Positions 9,265-19,363 of a stretch of DNA of 64,000 nucleotides are shown piece by piece. Location of the stretch: assembly GCA_965237525.1 (NCBI GenBank), contig CBDEFO010000008.1, positions 1,728,001 through 1,792,000 on the forward strand, read 5' to 3'. The stretch's first letter is position 1; each line of letters starts with the position of its first letter. A program made the position numbers and the translations under genes. Origin of the DNA: Candidatus Latescibacterota bacterium (GTDB lineage: Bacteria > Latescibacterota > CBDEFO01). A model generated the notes under the pieces. That model did not search any database, was not told where the DNA came from, and was given only the letters and a program-made list of their open reading frames with translations.

Positions 9265-10461
9265 ATGAAACCCCTGGCTCAAAATACGAGCCGTATGAAA
9301 AGGTCCGGAATAAGGGAGCTTATGGATCTTGCCTGGGCAACTCCGGGGGCCATTCATCTTGAGGTAGGCGAGCCAGATTTCCCGACGCCTGATCACATCG
9401 TAGAGGCGGCGTGCCGCGCAGCAATGGACGGGTTTACAAAATACACGCCGAACGCGGGGATAACTCCCTTAAGGGAGGCTATCGTAAGGAAGTTTGAGAG
9501 AAAAAACAAAATAGAGGTAACTCTCGACAATATCGTCGTGACTCCCGGGGCTGTGTGTTCGATGGCTACATCGCTGCTTGCCTTGATAGATCACGAAGAT
9601 GAGGTATTGATCCCCGATCCTGGATGGCCCAACTACGAGATGATGGTCTTGTCCCAAGGCGGCGTCCCCGTAGGTTATCCTCTGGATAGGGATAGGGGGT
9701 TTAAGGTCGCTCTGGACGCCTTTGAAAGTAAAATAAGCCCAAAGACGAAGGTGATCATCTTAAATAGCCCGTCCAATCCGACCGGAGGAGTCCTGCAGGA
9801 GGAGACGCTCAAAAGCTTAATGGAGATAGCCTCAAAGTGGGACTTATATGTGATCTCCGATGAGATATACGAAGATATAATATACACCGGAGAACACATA
9901 AGTACAGCAAGATTTGATAGCGATGGTAGAGTGCTGACCGTATCTGGTGTATCTAAGAGCTACGCCATGACGGGCTGGAGAATCGGCTACGTTGCCGCTC
10001 CTTTACATATTGCCCAAGTCATTGCCAAGATACAGGAGCCTTACGTATCGTGTCCAGTATCTGTGTCCCAGGTAGCCGCTCAGGCGGCTTTGGAAGGACC
10101 GGAAGACTGTGTAAAAGATATGGTGAAAGCTTACAAGGAGAGGAGAGACGCTGTCCTGGATATCCTTCAAGTGAACGATCTCTACAGCTACACCCCAGAA
10201 GGCGCTTTCTATCTCTTAGTGGATGTCTCACGATCGGGGATCGATTCGTATTCCTTCTCGTTGGAGCTCTTAAAGGAAAAAAAGGTAGCTGTTGCTCCGG
10301 GAGAGGCGTTCGGAATTGCGGCAAAGGACTATATAAGGATATCCTTCGGAGCTCACAAGGACAATCTGATAGAAGGTACAAACAGATTGTGCGATTTCAT
10401 CTGGCAAAAATCGTCACAGAGTGAAACTAACAGAGTCTTGGAACGGAGATCGTCTTTATGA
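9265..10461 (+). CDS. PLP-dependent class I/II aminotransferase (aspartate aminotransferase-like)
   Basis: GEPDFPTP, NSPSNPTG, DEIY, SKSYAMTGWRIG motifs; GGAG RBS before ATG 9265. Confidence 0.92.
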   Translation: MKPLAQNTSRMKRSGIRELMDLAWATPGAIHLEVGEPDFPTPDHIVEAACRAAMDGFTKYTPNAGITPLREAIVRKFERKNKIEVTLDNIVVTPGAVCSMATSLLALIDHEDEVLIPDPGWPNYEMMVLSQGGVPVGYPLDRDRGFKVALDAFESKISPKTKVIILNSPSNPTGGVLQEETLKSLMEIASKWDLYVISDEIYEDIIYTGEHISTARFDSDGRVLTVSGVSKSYAMTGWRIGYVAAPLHIAQVIAKIQEPYVSCPVSVSQVAAQAALEGPEDCVKDMVKAYKERRDAVLDILQVNDLYSYTPEGAFYLLVDVSRSGIDSYSFSLELLKEKKVAVAPGEAFGIAAKDYIRISFGAHKDNLIEGTNRLCDFIWQKSSQSETNRVLERRSSL

Positions 10462-11621
10462 GATTAAAGAGCGGATACTTTGCTCCATTCGTCTGTCTTT
10501 CTTTTCTTTGGGGGTGTGGGGAAAATCAGATCAAAGTTGAAATAAGGGGGACCGACGGAAAGGTGAGGGTCCACGCTGAGGACATCGTGATAAATTTCAG
10601 CGAGTTAGTTCAGGGCGAGTATCTCTTCACAGGTGAGTACATCCTTAGTGGTGAACTAAGGAGCGGTGTCTACCCTATATCAGCGGCAGTGGGCACTTAT
10701 TTGGAGGGTAAGGAGGTTAAAGTCGATGGCAAACCTATCCTGCCGTGGAGCGTGAATATCTATGCTGTCTCATTCGACGTGCCTCCGGGAATGCATGACA
10801 TGGACATGAAAGGAACTATAGCATTTGCTACTAATATGGAAGGAGACCACAATTGGGAGGTATATTCGATCAATGTGGACGGCTCAAATATGAAGAACCT
10901 GTCGCAAGATGCGGGATCGGACAGCGAACCTGTGTGGTCGCCCGATGGAACGAAGATAGCCTTTGTAACGGATAGAAATAAGGGCATGTTAAATAAAGAT
11001 ATATACGTAATGGATGCTGATGGCTCGAATCAGATCCAGCTTACTACTTATCAGGATAAGGACTACAACCCTGCCTGGTCTCCCGATGGGGAGAGAATCG
11101 CCTTTGTGAGCGACAGGGCAAAAAAGCCGCAGATATTTATTATGAACTCTGACGGAAGCGGCATAGAAAAGATCAACGACGGAAAGGGCTCAGCAAGGAG
11201 TCCCTCCTTTACGCCTGATGGCAAGAGGATTGTATGTCAAAGCGACAGGAACGGTTATGACGATATATATTCTATGAACATAGACGGATCGGATATTGTG
11301 CAGTTGACAAATCATAAGGAGTACGACTGGTTCCCAGCTTGGTCTCCGGATGGATCAAAGATACTATTTTCTTCCAGCAGAAAGGGCGCACGGGAGATAT
11401 ACGTAATGATGAAGGACGGAAGATGGAAGACGAGGCTCACCAAGACTGAGGATTACTACGAATGGTCCCCCGTGTGGTCGCCGGACGGCAAGGGACTTGC
11501 GTTTGCAGGCAATGCAGACGGGGATTACGAAATCTACATAATGAACACATCAGGGGAGGGCTTGAAGAAGATCACAGATAACAGTAGCGATGAACGGTAT
11601 CCCAGTTGGAGAGGCTTTTGA
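10458..11621 (+). CDS. Lipoprotein with TolB-like PD40 beta-propeller
   Basis: Lipobox LWGC; repeated P.WSPDG..IAF.S.R units. Confidence 0.85.
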   Translation: MRLKSGYFAPFVCLSFLWGCGENQIKVEIRGTDGKVRVHAEDIVINFSELVQGEYLFTGEYILSGELRSGVYPISAAVGTYLEGKEVKVDGKPILPWSVNIYAVSFDVPPGMHDMDMKGTIAFATNMEGDHNWEVYSINVDGSNMKNLSQDAGSDSEPVWSPDGTKIAFVTDRNKGMLNKDIYVMDADGSNQIQLTTYQDKDYNPAWSPDGERIAFVSDRAKKPQIFIMNSDGSGIEKINDGKGSARSPSFTPDGKRIVCQSDRNGYDDIYSMNIDGSDIVQLTNHKEYDWFPAWSPDGSKILFSSSRKGAREIYVMMKDGRWKTRLTKTEDYYEWSPVWSPDGKGLAFAGNADGDYEIYIMNTSGEGLKKITDNSSDERYPSWRGF

Positions 11622-11752
11622 AAAGCCTTTGAGATTTGCTCAGTTTCCAAGAAAATATCTAAATTCTTGAAACAAGAACAGTCAAAGGTAAGTCCTAATT
11701 AAATGAAGGTGTGTCTTAATCTCTTTACAACGTTAGGAAAGGAGGGAGTCGG

Positions 11753-12466
11753 ATGAAGGTAAAACACACGTGGGGGGCATGGTTAGCTGTTGGAGTCTTC
11801 CTGCTTCTGGGGTGCGCTTCGACAGGTAAGTCCAGCAAAGAGTCCCGATGGGAGACGATACCGGAGGGCAAAGGGCACCTTATCCTGGAGGCCGGAGGGA
11901 TTCCCGAGCTCGATTTCAGGATTGTAGACCAAGCCACAGATGAGGTGGTGGTCAAGCACGTTGGAAGGGGAAGCGGTTGGGCTCGTTCTCAGAGAACTTA
12001 CGAGAAGTCCTTTCAGGAGTCCGGGCTTCAGGAATTCGTGGATCCGGGGGTATATAAGGTGGTAGTCGATACAGACTTAGATCGGGATGACCCGATCGTG
12101 ATTGAAGATGTGGTTATAACGGCGGGACAGCGAAAGTATGTCAGAATTCCTGTGGGGAGATTCAGCGTAATCGTCACACGGATTTCCGGCTCCGGAGACA
12201 CTCAAACGTCTCGGCAGATCCAGATGCCCTTTACAGTTTTGGATTACGGTTTGAACACGGTCCTTATGACAAGGGGGATGTCATCCACACAGGTTAAATA
12301 CTTTGTCGTTCCTGTGGGTGCTTATAAGGTCAAATTAGAACTCCGGGGAACCCGTGAAACTCCCTCAGAGCAGCAGTACAGGGATCTGGCCATCAAATTC
12401 GGACAGGTGTGGCCTGTTCGGATCGAATTAGGAAGCACTACTGCTCAACCGGTAGAGGGACAGTAG
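11753..12466 (+). CDS. Hypothetical lipoprotein
   Basis: Strong RBS (GGAGGGAG), signal peptide with LLGC lipobox, 237 aa. Confidence 0.7.
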   Translation: MKVKHTWGAWLAVGVFLLLGCASTGKSSKESRWETIPEGKGHLILEAGGIPELDFRIVDQATDEVVVKHVGRGSGWARSQRTYEKSFQESGLQEFVDPGVYKVVVDTDLDRDDPIVIEDVVITAGQRKYVRIPVGRFSVIVTRISGSGDTQTSRQIQMPFTVLDYGLNTVLMTRGMSSTQVKYFVVPVGAYKVKLELRGTRETPSEQQYRDLAIKFGQVWPVRIELGSTTAQPVEGQ

Positions 12467-12505
12467 CAGCAAACCAGGGTGCTAAATTCTATTTATGGAG
12501 ATGAA

Positions 12506-13090
12506 ATGAAAAGACTTGAGGTCGTACTATTAATTGCGGTCTTTGTCTCGGTTATCTCCTCAAATTTGTACGCCGGACCGAGAGCCACTGTGGTGGACAG
12601 ATTAGGAAACAGATTCGAGGTCTCCAATCTGGAGTACTACGGAGGGCAGAGCTTCGACTTTATAACAAGGGATGGAAGGAAGAGATTGAAGTTTGAGAAG
12701 ATGAAAAAGATACAGTTTATGGGTGAAAGGAACGATGAGCAGCAGACCGTGGTTATTACTCTTCCGGACGGAAAGACCATCTCCGCTACGAAGTTTGTGG
12801 GGAGTTCGGACAGATATACTGGGGGGGGCTCAGGCACTCGGGCACTCGGATCTGCTATGTACCTTTCGGGTCAGACAAAGTTAGGGAAATTCGAACTGAA
12901 TCTGAGGGATACTAAAGAGATCATTATCCATCACTACAAATTGGTAAGGAAATGTCCAGTGGACAACAGAACCTTTAGACAGGAAGGGTACAGATTTTGC
13001 CCATATCATGGAGATAGGCTGGAGGAGATAGAGCAGAAAGAAGGTAAAGCAAAGTCTTCTGAGGTTGAGTCGAAGTCAGATAAAAAGTGA
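12506..13090 (+). CDS. Hypothetical secreted protein with C-terminal zinc-ribbon-like motif
   Basis: Signal peptide MKRLEVVLLIAVFVSVISSNLYA; CPVD...FCPYHG motif. Confidence 0.65.
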   Translation: MKRLEVVLLIAVFVSVISSNLYAGPRATVVDRLGNRFEVSNLEYYGGQSFDFITRDGRKRLKFEKMKKIQFMGERNDEQQTVVITLPDGKTISATKFVGSSDRYTGGGSGTRALGSAMYLSGQTKLGKFELNLRDTKEIIIHHYKLVRKCPVDNRTFRQEGYRFCPYHGDRLEEIEQKEGKAKSSEVESKSDKK

Positions 13091-13110
13091 GCGCTGTGCG
13101 CAAAAAAACC

Positions 13111-13139
13111 TTGACAAATCACTCTGCTTGTTATATTTT
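13111..13139 (+). promoter_or_regulatory. Putative sigma70 promoter
   Basis: TTGACA-17nt-TATTTT (overlapping TATATT), about 400 nt upstream of the next probable start. Confidence 0.5.
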
Positions 13140-13537
13140 ATAGCGTTAAACATGGATCTTGCCGTAGTGAAGTGATCTTTGGCTTGTGCCTTGATCTCCC
13201 AGAATACAGACTATACGGGGTCTGTAGGAGATGGGAAAGTCTGAGAGAGGATGGGTAAACCTGTTCCAGTTCGAATGAGAGAGTTAATATATCGGTAAAT
13301 AAATAGTTGCCGGAAAGACCATCACCAAAAAGGGCCTCCAGAAAGCCGGTGTGGGCACTTCGCGCGTTGCTGGAAACCCTCTTTCCAGGGGCATTAAGTT
13401 ACCCAAGGCGTATTAAGTTACAGCAACCCACAAATGGGCGGCGTGGTCACTTTGCTTGGCAGGTAGGAAGCCACGAAGTGGTCGGAGAACTTGCTTGGGG
13501 GAAAAACGTATCAACTTCACAGCGAGGGGTATCTACG

Positions 13538-14281
13538 ATGAAGCTTATAAGCTATCTTAAGTGGACAGTGGTTCTAGCAATGCCTTTGGGGCTCTTCGGA
13601 TGCGGCTATCGTTACTATGCGGGTCCCTTAGAACCACTGGATGAGTCTCGCCAGATCTCAGGATCTCAGGTGTTTGACGATGGAACAGTTACCTATTCTA
13701 TGGGCAGACTTGAAATTAGTCTGAGACCTATGACTGACGAGGAGTTGAATAGACAATTTGAGTCTGATTCTCAAAGTGGAGCCAGATCCACTAATCCCTA
13801 TACATTCGGGAACTCGCAATACTGGGCGTTAAGAGAGACTCCTCAGAGGTTTACGGTAATGAATCTCAGAGTTAAGAACTACGAGTTTGCCAAGATGCAG
13901 CTGGACCCTTCAAACATATTCATGACTACAGGAAACGGCAGGGAATACTCTTCTCTCAGCCTGCAGCAATTGGATACATACTATAGGATTTATGCTATAG
14001 GCTATAGAGGGAACGAGTTTGCCGAGTATGACCAAAGAAGGGATATCTTGGACAGAACTATGTTCCCTCCAGATCCCATCTTCAGCGGCCTGGAGGAGGA
14101 GGGATACGTGATCTTTGAGAGGCTTCACGACGACGTAAAGGAGATAAAAGTCCTTATTAAGGATATAGTGTTGCGGTTCGATTTTAGGGGAGAACCAGCG
14201 GAGACAGCGGACGTGGAGTTTTTCTTCCAAAGGGAGACAGGTAAGGTCTACAAGGACGGCAGAAAGGTTGTAAAGAATTGA
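13538..14281 (+). CDS. Hypothetical lipoprotein
   Basis: GAGGGG RBS then MKLISYLKWTVVLAMPLGLFGC lipobox. The longer track start at 13307 lacks a signal peptide. Confidence 0.7.
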   Translation: MKLISYLKWTVVLAMPLGLFGCGYRYYAGPLEPLDESRQISGSQVFDDGTVTYSMGRLEISLRPMTDEELNRQFESDSQSGARSTNPYTFGNSQYWALRETPQRFTVMNLRVKNYEFAKMQLDPSNIFMTTGNGREYSSLSLQQLDTYYRIYAIGYRGNEFAEYDQRRDILDRTMFPPDPIFSGLEEEGYVIFERLHDDVKEIKVLIKDIVLRFDFRGEPAETADVEFFFQRETGKVYKDGRKVVKN

Positions 14282-14359
14282 TGAGAGGTTATTTATATGA
14301 CCTGTTGAATGAATCAAGAGGGAATTTTCATCTTTAAAGGCAGAAAGGAGTGAATCCCT

Positions 14360-15307
14360 ATGTGCAGGTTGCTAAGCATTATGTTCGTGACCACATTATA
14401 TGTGGCATTCGGATATGGTCAGGTATACGGTTTTTTAGATGCTGGGACACAGGCCAGGTCTATGGCGATGGGAGGCAGTTTTGTGGCGGTGGCAGACGAT
14501 CAGGATGCGATTTTTTTGAATCCGTCGGGTCTTGATCAGATAGAAGGGAAGGTCGCTTCGTATACGAATGTGAGTTTACTTTTGACGGGAGTGGAGGGTG
14601 ATAATTTGGGTCAGCACATACTGACTTACGTTCATCCTGTTGGTGGTAATGGGGGTACATTGGGTTTTGGGTATCAGCGGGTGGGGAGTGACAGTTTTAA
14701 TGAGAATGGATTTACGGCAAGTTGGGGGAAGGAGTTTGGCAGGGGTATTAGCCTTGGTTTGGGGTTGAGTTATTTGTGGTGGAGTGTGGGGGACATACCT
14801 CCGGATAGAGTAAGTGGTAGGGCAGATCCTTTGTCTGGGGAGAGCAGTGGGAATATAGGTGTAGATGTGGGGGGTTTATGGAGGAGTCCTTGGGATTTTA
14901 GTTTGGGGTTATTTTTGAAGGACATAAATAAGCCGGATATATCCAAGGATGGAGGTAATATAGCTGGGCAATCTGATGCGGGCAAGTTGCCGTTTGACAT
15001 ACATTTTGGTGGTAGTTATCGTCTTGAGAGGGGTTTATTGAGTGTAGATTATGTAGTAATGGATGTAGGTGGGGAGGGGGATACCGATACGAGGTTATTT
15101 TTTGGGGGGGAGGCAGAGTTGGTAGGGGGGTTTAGTCTGCGTGCGGGAGGCAATAGGATATTTGAGGAGGGCAGCAAGGGTGGAGGCAATGTGGGGATAG
15201 GTTATGAGTTTGCCAATGGGTTAGATTTTGATTATAGTTACAATATTCCTTTAGATGCGGTGGAGACTGAAGGCAGTCACCGATTCAGCTTCGGATATAA
15301 ATTCTAG
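14360..15307 (+). CDS. PorV/PorQ/FadL-like outer membrane beta-barrel protein
   Basis: Signal peptide, hallmark ARSMAMGGSFVAVADDQDAIFLNPSGL motif, C-terminal aromatic beta-signal (SHRFSFGYKF). Confidence 0.8.
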   Translation: MCRLLSIMFVTTLYVAFGYGQVYGFLDAGTQARSMAMGGSFVAVADDQDAIFLNPSGLDQIEGKVASYTNVSLLLTGVEGDNLGQHILTYVHPVGGNGGTLGFGYQRVGSDSFNENGFTASWGKEFGRGISLGLGLSYLWWSVGDIPPDRVSGRADPLSGESSGNIGVDVGGLWRSPWDFSLGLFLKDINKPDISKDGGNIAGQSDAGKLPFDIHFGGSYRLERGLLSVDYVVMDVGGEGDTDTRLFFGGEAELVGGFSLRAGGNRIFEEGSKGGGNVGIGYEFANGLDFDYSYNIPLDAVETEGSHRFSFGYKF

Positions 15308-15343
15308 TATCCTATATAATAGGCACGGGATACAGATAGATGC

Positions 15344-15375
15344 CCCCGGGGAATTGGAGTCCTCGGGGTTTTTTT
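15344..15375 (+). terminator. Intrinsic terminator
   Basis: CCCCGGGGA-loop-TCCTCGGGG stem followed by T7. Confidence 0.8.
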
Positions 15376-15453
15376 GCTTCCTCTCATTGCTAGTTACAAC
15401 GCCCTTTAAGGTCATTGTAAACTGTGACCGCGTTTAAGGGGGAAATTTCAGCC

Positions 15454-15523
15454 TTGACAGCGGAAGAACATTGTATTATATTTAAGTAAATAATTATTTA
15501 TCCTTTATAATAATTATTATAAA
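15454..15523 (+). promoter_or_regulatory. arg operon promoter with tandem ARG-box-like operators
   Basis: TTGACA(15454)-17nt-TATATT, followed by two AT-rich palindromes (TAAATAATTATTTA 15487-15500; TTTATAATAATTATTATAAA 15504-15523) with centres 20 bp apart, directly upstream of argR. Confidence 0.7.
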
Positions 15524-15544
15524 CGAAAAAGATGGCGAGGCTAC

Positions 15545-16009
15545 ATGGGCAGCAAAGACATCAGACAAAGACAAGTCATTGAACTTGTGCAGAAAGGGGA
15601 GATGAGGACGCAGGGGCAGATCGTGTCTGCGGTAAGGGAATGCGGCTGCAAGGTTAGTCAGTCCACACTTTCCAAAGATATAAAGGAGTTGGGATTAGTC
15701 AAGGTACCTACGGTAGATGGAAAAGTTCGATACAGTCTACCGGAAGAGAGGACTCCTTTCCCCAAACGGCAAAAGATTTTGGAAAGAGAGATGATGGATT
15801 CACTTGTGGATTTCGACAATGCCAAGAATATACTTGTTCTCAAGACCACTCCAGGAAATGCTTCAGGACTTGCGGCCGCCATAGATAAGATGGATTGGCA
15901 TGAAGTTCTGGGCACACTTGCCGGCGACGATGTTATACTGATCATCTCCAAAACTGCGGATCAGACCCAGAAAATAATGGATCGAATACGTGGAAGTATC
16001 CACCGTTAG
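15545..16009 (+). CDS. argR: Arginine repressor
   Basis: TQ..., SQSTLSKDIKELGLVKV, KTTPGNA, GTLAGDD motifs. Confidence 0.95.
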   Translation: MGSKDIRQRQVIELVQKGEMRTQGQIVSAVRECGCKVSQSTLSKDIKELGLVKVPTVDGKVRYSLPEERTPFPKRQKILEREMMDSLVDFDNAKNILVLKTTPGNASGLAAAIDKMDWHEVLGTLAGDDVILIISKTADQTQKIMDRIRGSIHR

Positions 16010-16017
16010 GGGTAAAA

Positions 16018-17076
16018 ATGATTAAGTTAGGGATTGTCGGGGCGACAGGATATACAGGGGTAGAACTCTTCAAAATAATCTTGAGACACCCTGAAGCAGA
16101 AGTTGCATTTGTAGCATCTTCAGAAGAGACCTCGGGGAACTTGCTGTCGGACGTATATCCGGGCGTAAAGGGATCCAGCGAAATGGAACTGCTGTCTTTA
16201 GAAGATGCCCACAGAGGGGATGTGGACGTAGTTTTTCTATGTCTTCCGGCAGGTAAATCTATGTCTGCTGCTCCGTCGTTCTTGGACTCTGGCGTCAAGG
16301 TAGTGGATATCGGAACTGACTTCAGGATGAGGACGCCCGAAGGACACTTGCGATGGTACGATTTCGACCATACCGCACCCCACCTGCTTTCGAAGACGAT
16401 CTGGGGACTGCCAGAGATAAATCGAGAAGCTATCCGAGGGGCCTCGTTAGTGTCGAACCCCGGCTGTTTTCCGACTGCAGCACTTCTGGCTTTGGCTCCC
16501 CTTCTGGAAAGAGACTTGATCTGTACAGAGGGCATAATCATAGACTCCAAGTCCGGAATCTCCGGTGCAGGCAGGAAGCTCTCCTTAAGGACGCACTTTA
16601 TCGAAGCCAACGAGAACGTAGCTCCCTACAATATCGGGCGCTCTCACAGACACACCGGAGAGATCGAGCAGGAGTTAAGCAAAATAGCAGGAAAAGAATG
16701 CAAAGTTGTCTTCACTCCTCAGACGGTTCCTATGGACAGGGGGATCCTGTCAAATGTCTATGTGAGACTTAAAGAGGATATATCGACCCAGGATGCAACG
16801 CAAATATACAAGGAAAGATATGCGGACGAGCCGTTCATAAGGATTGCAGAGGATTACCTGCCGCAGACCAAGTTCACGTCTTACACCAACTATTGTGATA
16901 TAACTGTCCATAAAGTTGAGGAGACACACGTGCTGCTCATAATCTCCGCTTTGGATAACCTGATAAAGGGAGCGGCTGGACAAGCTGTGCAGAACATGAA
17001 CATAATGTTCGACACAGAAGAAACTTTAGGATTTTTTGAAAGTTCTCCACTTGCAGCATCTGAGGTCCCAGGATAG
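16018..17076 (+). CDS. argC: N-acetyl-gamma-glutamyl-phosphate reductase
   Basis: GATGYTG, NPGCFPT, SGISGAGR, DNLIKGAAGQAVQNMN motifs. Confidence 0.96.
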   Translation: MIKLGIVGATGYTGVELFKIILRHPEAEVAFVASSEETSGNLLSDVYPGVKGSSEMELLSLEDAHRGDVDVVFLCLPAGKSMSAAPSFLDSGVKVVDIGTDFRMRTPEGHLRWYDFDHTAPHLLSKTIWGLPEINREAIRGASLVSNPGCFPTAALLALAPLLERDLICTEGIIIDSKSGISGAGRKLSLRTHFIEANENVAPYNIGRSHRHTGEIEQELSKIAGKECKVVFTPQTVPMDRGILSNVYVRLKEDISTQDATQIYKERYADEPFIRIAEDYLPQTKFTSYTNYCDITVHKVEETHVLLIISALDNLIKGAAGQAVQNMNIMFDTEETLGFFESSPLAASEVPG

Positions 17077-17969
17077 TGATCGAAGGACTGATAAAAAAAG
17101 CAGATGTACTTATTGAAGCACTGCCCTATATCCGGGCGTTCAGAGACAAGATCGTAGTCATCAAATATGGAGGCAGTGTTATAACTTCCGAGGGAGAGGT
17201 GGACAGTGTCCTTGAAGATGTAGTCTTTATGGAGACTGTGGGGATGAAGCCCGTAATCGTACACGGGGGCTCTAAGGCCATAAGCCGCAGGATGGCCCAA
17301 GCTGGCATTGAACCCAGGTTCGTAAACGGTCTGCGAGTGACAGACGAAGCGACAATGCAGATAGCCGAAAGGACGCTCTTTGAGGAGGTAAATAGCCAGA
17401 TCGTAAAGGCAATAGAGGAGATTGGAGGGCGCGCCATGGGCATATCGGCAAAAGCTGAGGGTATACTGAAAGTGAGGAAATATCTTGCGCCCCTTAAGGA
17501 TAGGGATTCGGGAGAAGTCAAAATGGTGGATATCGGCTATGTGGGTTATGTGGAGTCGGTGGAACCTGAACCTATAAAGTCCCTATGCGAGCAAGATGTG
17601 GTCCCGGTGATCGCTCCCATAGGTTTGGGTCCGGATGGAAGGAGTTACAACGTAAATGCTGACACAGCAGCAGGGCAGATTGCGGCTGCTTTGAAGGCTG
17701 AAAAGCTGCTCTTTTTGACAGACGTAATGGGAATTATGAGGGACTCCGACGATGAAGGGTCTCTCCTTTCGACCCTGCATGCAGATGCTGTAGATGAGTT
17801 AATAGAAAAGGGTGTTATAAGCGGTGGAATGCTGCCCAAGATAGAATCGTGCCTAAAAGCGGTAAAATCGGGGACGCGCAAGACCCACATAATTGATGGC
17901 AGAGTGCCTCACTCTCTGCTTTTGGAGATATTTACCGACAGGGGGATAGGGACGCAGATTCTCGGGTAG
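17076..17969 (+). CDS. argB: Acetylglutamate kinase
   Basis: EALPYI..F, VIKYGG, VHGG, GLRVTD, NVNAD, GGMLPK motifs. Confidence 0.96.
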   Translation: MIEGLIKKADVLIEALPYIRAFRDKIVVIKYGGSVITSEGEVDSVLEDVVFMETVGMKPVIVHGGSKAISRRMAQAGIEPRFVNGLRVTDEATMQIAERTLFEEVNSQIVKAIEEIGGRAMGISAKAEGILKVRKYLAPLKDRDSGEVKMVDIGYVGYVESVEPEPIKSLCEQDVVPVIAPIGLGPDGRSYNVNADTAAGQIAAALKAEKLLFLTDVMGIMRDSDDEGSLLSTLHADAVDELIEKGVISGGMLPKIESCLKAVKSGTRKTHIIDGRVPHSLLLEIFTDRGIGTQILG

Positions 17970-18122
17970 GTGACATTGCCAAGCCTCTTTCTCCAACAGG
18001 ATAGTTTAAGATCTCTGTCCTGCTGCCAGCCACGTTATCAACAGACTTTCTAGTACAGCGCCAAACTTGGTGGGTCAGACAATCCTCTCTCAAGCAAACT
18101 CAACTGTAAAAAGGAAAACGAT

Positions 18123-19343
18123 ATGCAGACTCTAAAGGCAGAAGAGATTGTAGAACTGGACAGCAAATACATAGTCCAGACCTACGGACGTCCGCCGTTC
18201 GTGCTGGAACGAGGAAACGGGGTCCATCTCTTTGACACCGACGGAGTTCGCTATTTGGACTTTATGAGCGGACTTTCGGTGAATGCGTTCGGGTACGGGG
18301 ACTTCGATATCACAGAAGTGATAAAAGAGCAGTCGGCCAAGCTGATACACTGTTGTAATCTCTATCACAGCGTGCACGGTCCGATTCTGGCTCGTATGCT
18401 GGTCGATAACTCCTTTGCAGATAGAGTCTTTTACTGCAATAGCGGCACTGAGTCCATAGAGGCGTCTCTCAAGTTCGCAAGGAGATGGGGTCACGAAAAC
18501 TTCGATAAGCCCAAATACCGCATAATGGCCTTCGAGAACTCTTTCCACGGCAGAACCTACGGGGGATTGACTGCTACGGGGCAGTTCAAATATCACAAGG
18601 GTTTCGATCCCCTGTTGCCTGGAATTGACTTTGCCAGGCTCAACGATTTAGCCTCTGTGGAGGAGAAGGTTTCAGATGAGACGTGTGCTATCCTGATCGA
18701 GCCTATCCTTCAAATCGAAGGAGGTTTACACAAATCCTCACAGGAGTTTATAGAGGGCTTGAGAAAAATCTGTGATGATACCGATATGTTGTTGATATTC
18801 GACGAAGTTCAGTCCGGGCTCGCAAGGACGGGGTTGCTCTTCGGATATGAGCACTACGGGGTCGAACCCGATATTATGACCCTGGCCAAGCCCCTGGCAG
18901 GTGGACTGCCTATGGGGGCAACTCTTGTAAGAGAGAAGGTCGCCAAGCATATACATCCTGGAGATCACGCCGCCACCTTCGGAGGAAATCCACTAGTCTC
19001 TGCTGTGGCGATTCGGGTCTTTAGGAAGCTTACCTCTGAGGGCTTTTTAGACTCAGTCAGACAAAAAGGGGAATATATGCACACGAGATTAAATAGGCTC
19101 AAGGACAAGTGGCCCCAAATGATAAAGGAGATAAGGGGAATAGGACTCATCGCCGGAGCCGCGACAGAATGTGAAGCCAAGCTCATAGCAGATGCCTTCC
19201 AGAAGAGAAATATTCTGCTCTGCACAGCTGGCCCAGATGTAGTAAGATTCCTTCCGCCTCTTGTTGTAGAAAAGGAACATATAGGCGAAGCTGTGGATGT
19301 CTTCGATGAGATTCTGACGCAGGGCGTGGAAAAAGAACAGTAG
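18123..19343 (+). CDS. argD: Acetylornithine aminotransferase
   Basis: NSGTES.E, SFHGRT, FDEVQSG, TLAKPLAGG motifs; located in the arg cluster. Confidence 0.93.
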   Translation: MQTLKAEEIVELDSKYIVQTYGRPPFVLERGNGVHLFDTDGVRYLDFMSGLSVNAFGYGDFDITEVIKEQSAKLIHCCNLYHSVHGPILARMLVDNSFADRVFYCNSGTESIEASLKFARRWGHENFDKPKYRIMAFENSFHGRTYGGLTATGQFKYHKGFDPLLPGIDFARLNDLASVEEKVSDETCAILIEPILQIEGGLHKSSQEFIEGLRKICDDTDMLLIFDEVQSGLARTGLLFGYEHYGVEPDIMTLAKPLAGGLPMGATLVREKVAKHIHPGDHAATFGGNPLVSAVAIRVFRKLTSEGFLDSVRQKGEYMHTRLNRLKDKWPQMIKEIRGIGLIAGAATECEAKLIADAFQKRNILLCTAGPDVVRFLPPLVVEKEHIGEAVDVFDEILTQGVEKEQ

Positions 19344-19363
19344 CGAGCAAACAGTAGACAGGA

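Noticed and set aside
13307..13537. 77-aa N-terminal extension of the lipoprotein
   Set aside because: The RBS and lipoprotein signal begin at 13538; the upstream TTG start is unsupported.
15942..16610. 222-aa antisense ORF over argC (likewise 28804-29538, 40424-41083, 53037-53603, 56216-57016)
   Set aside because: These are shadow ORFs opposite well-supported genes and have no recognisable motifs.
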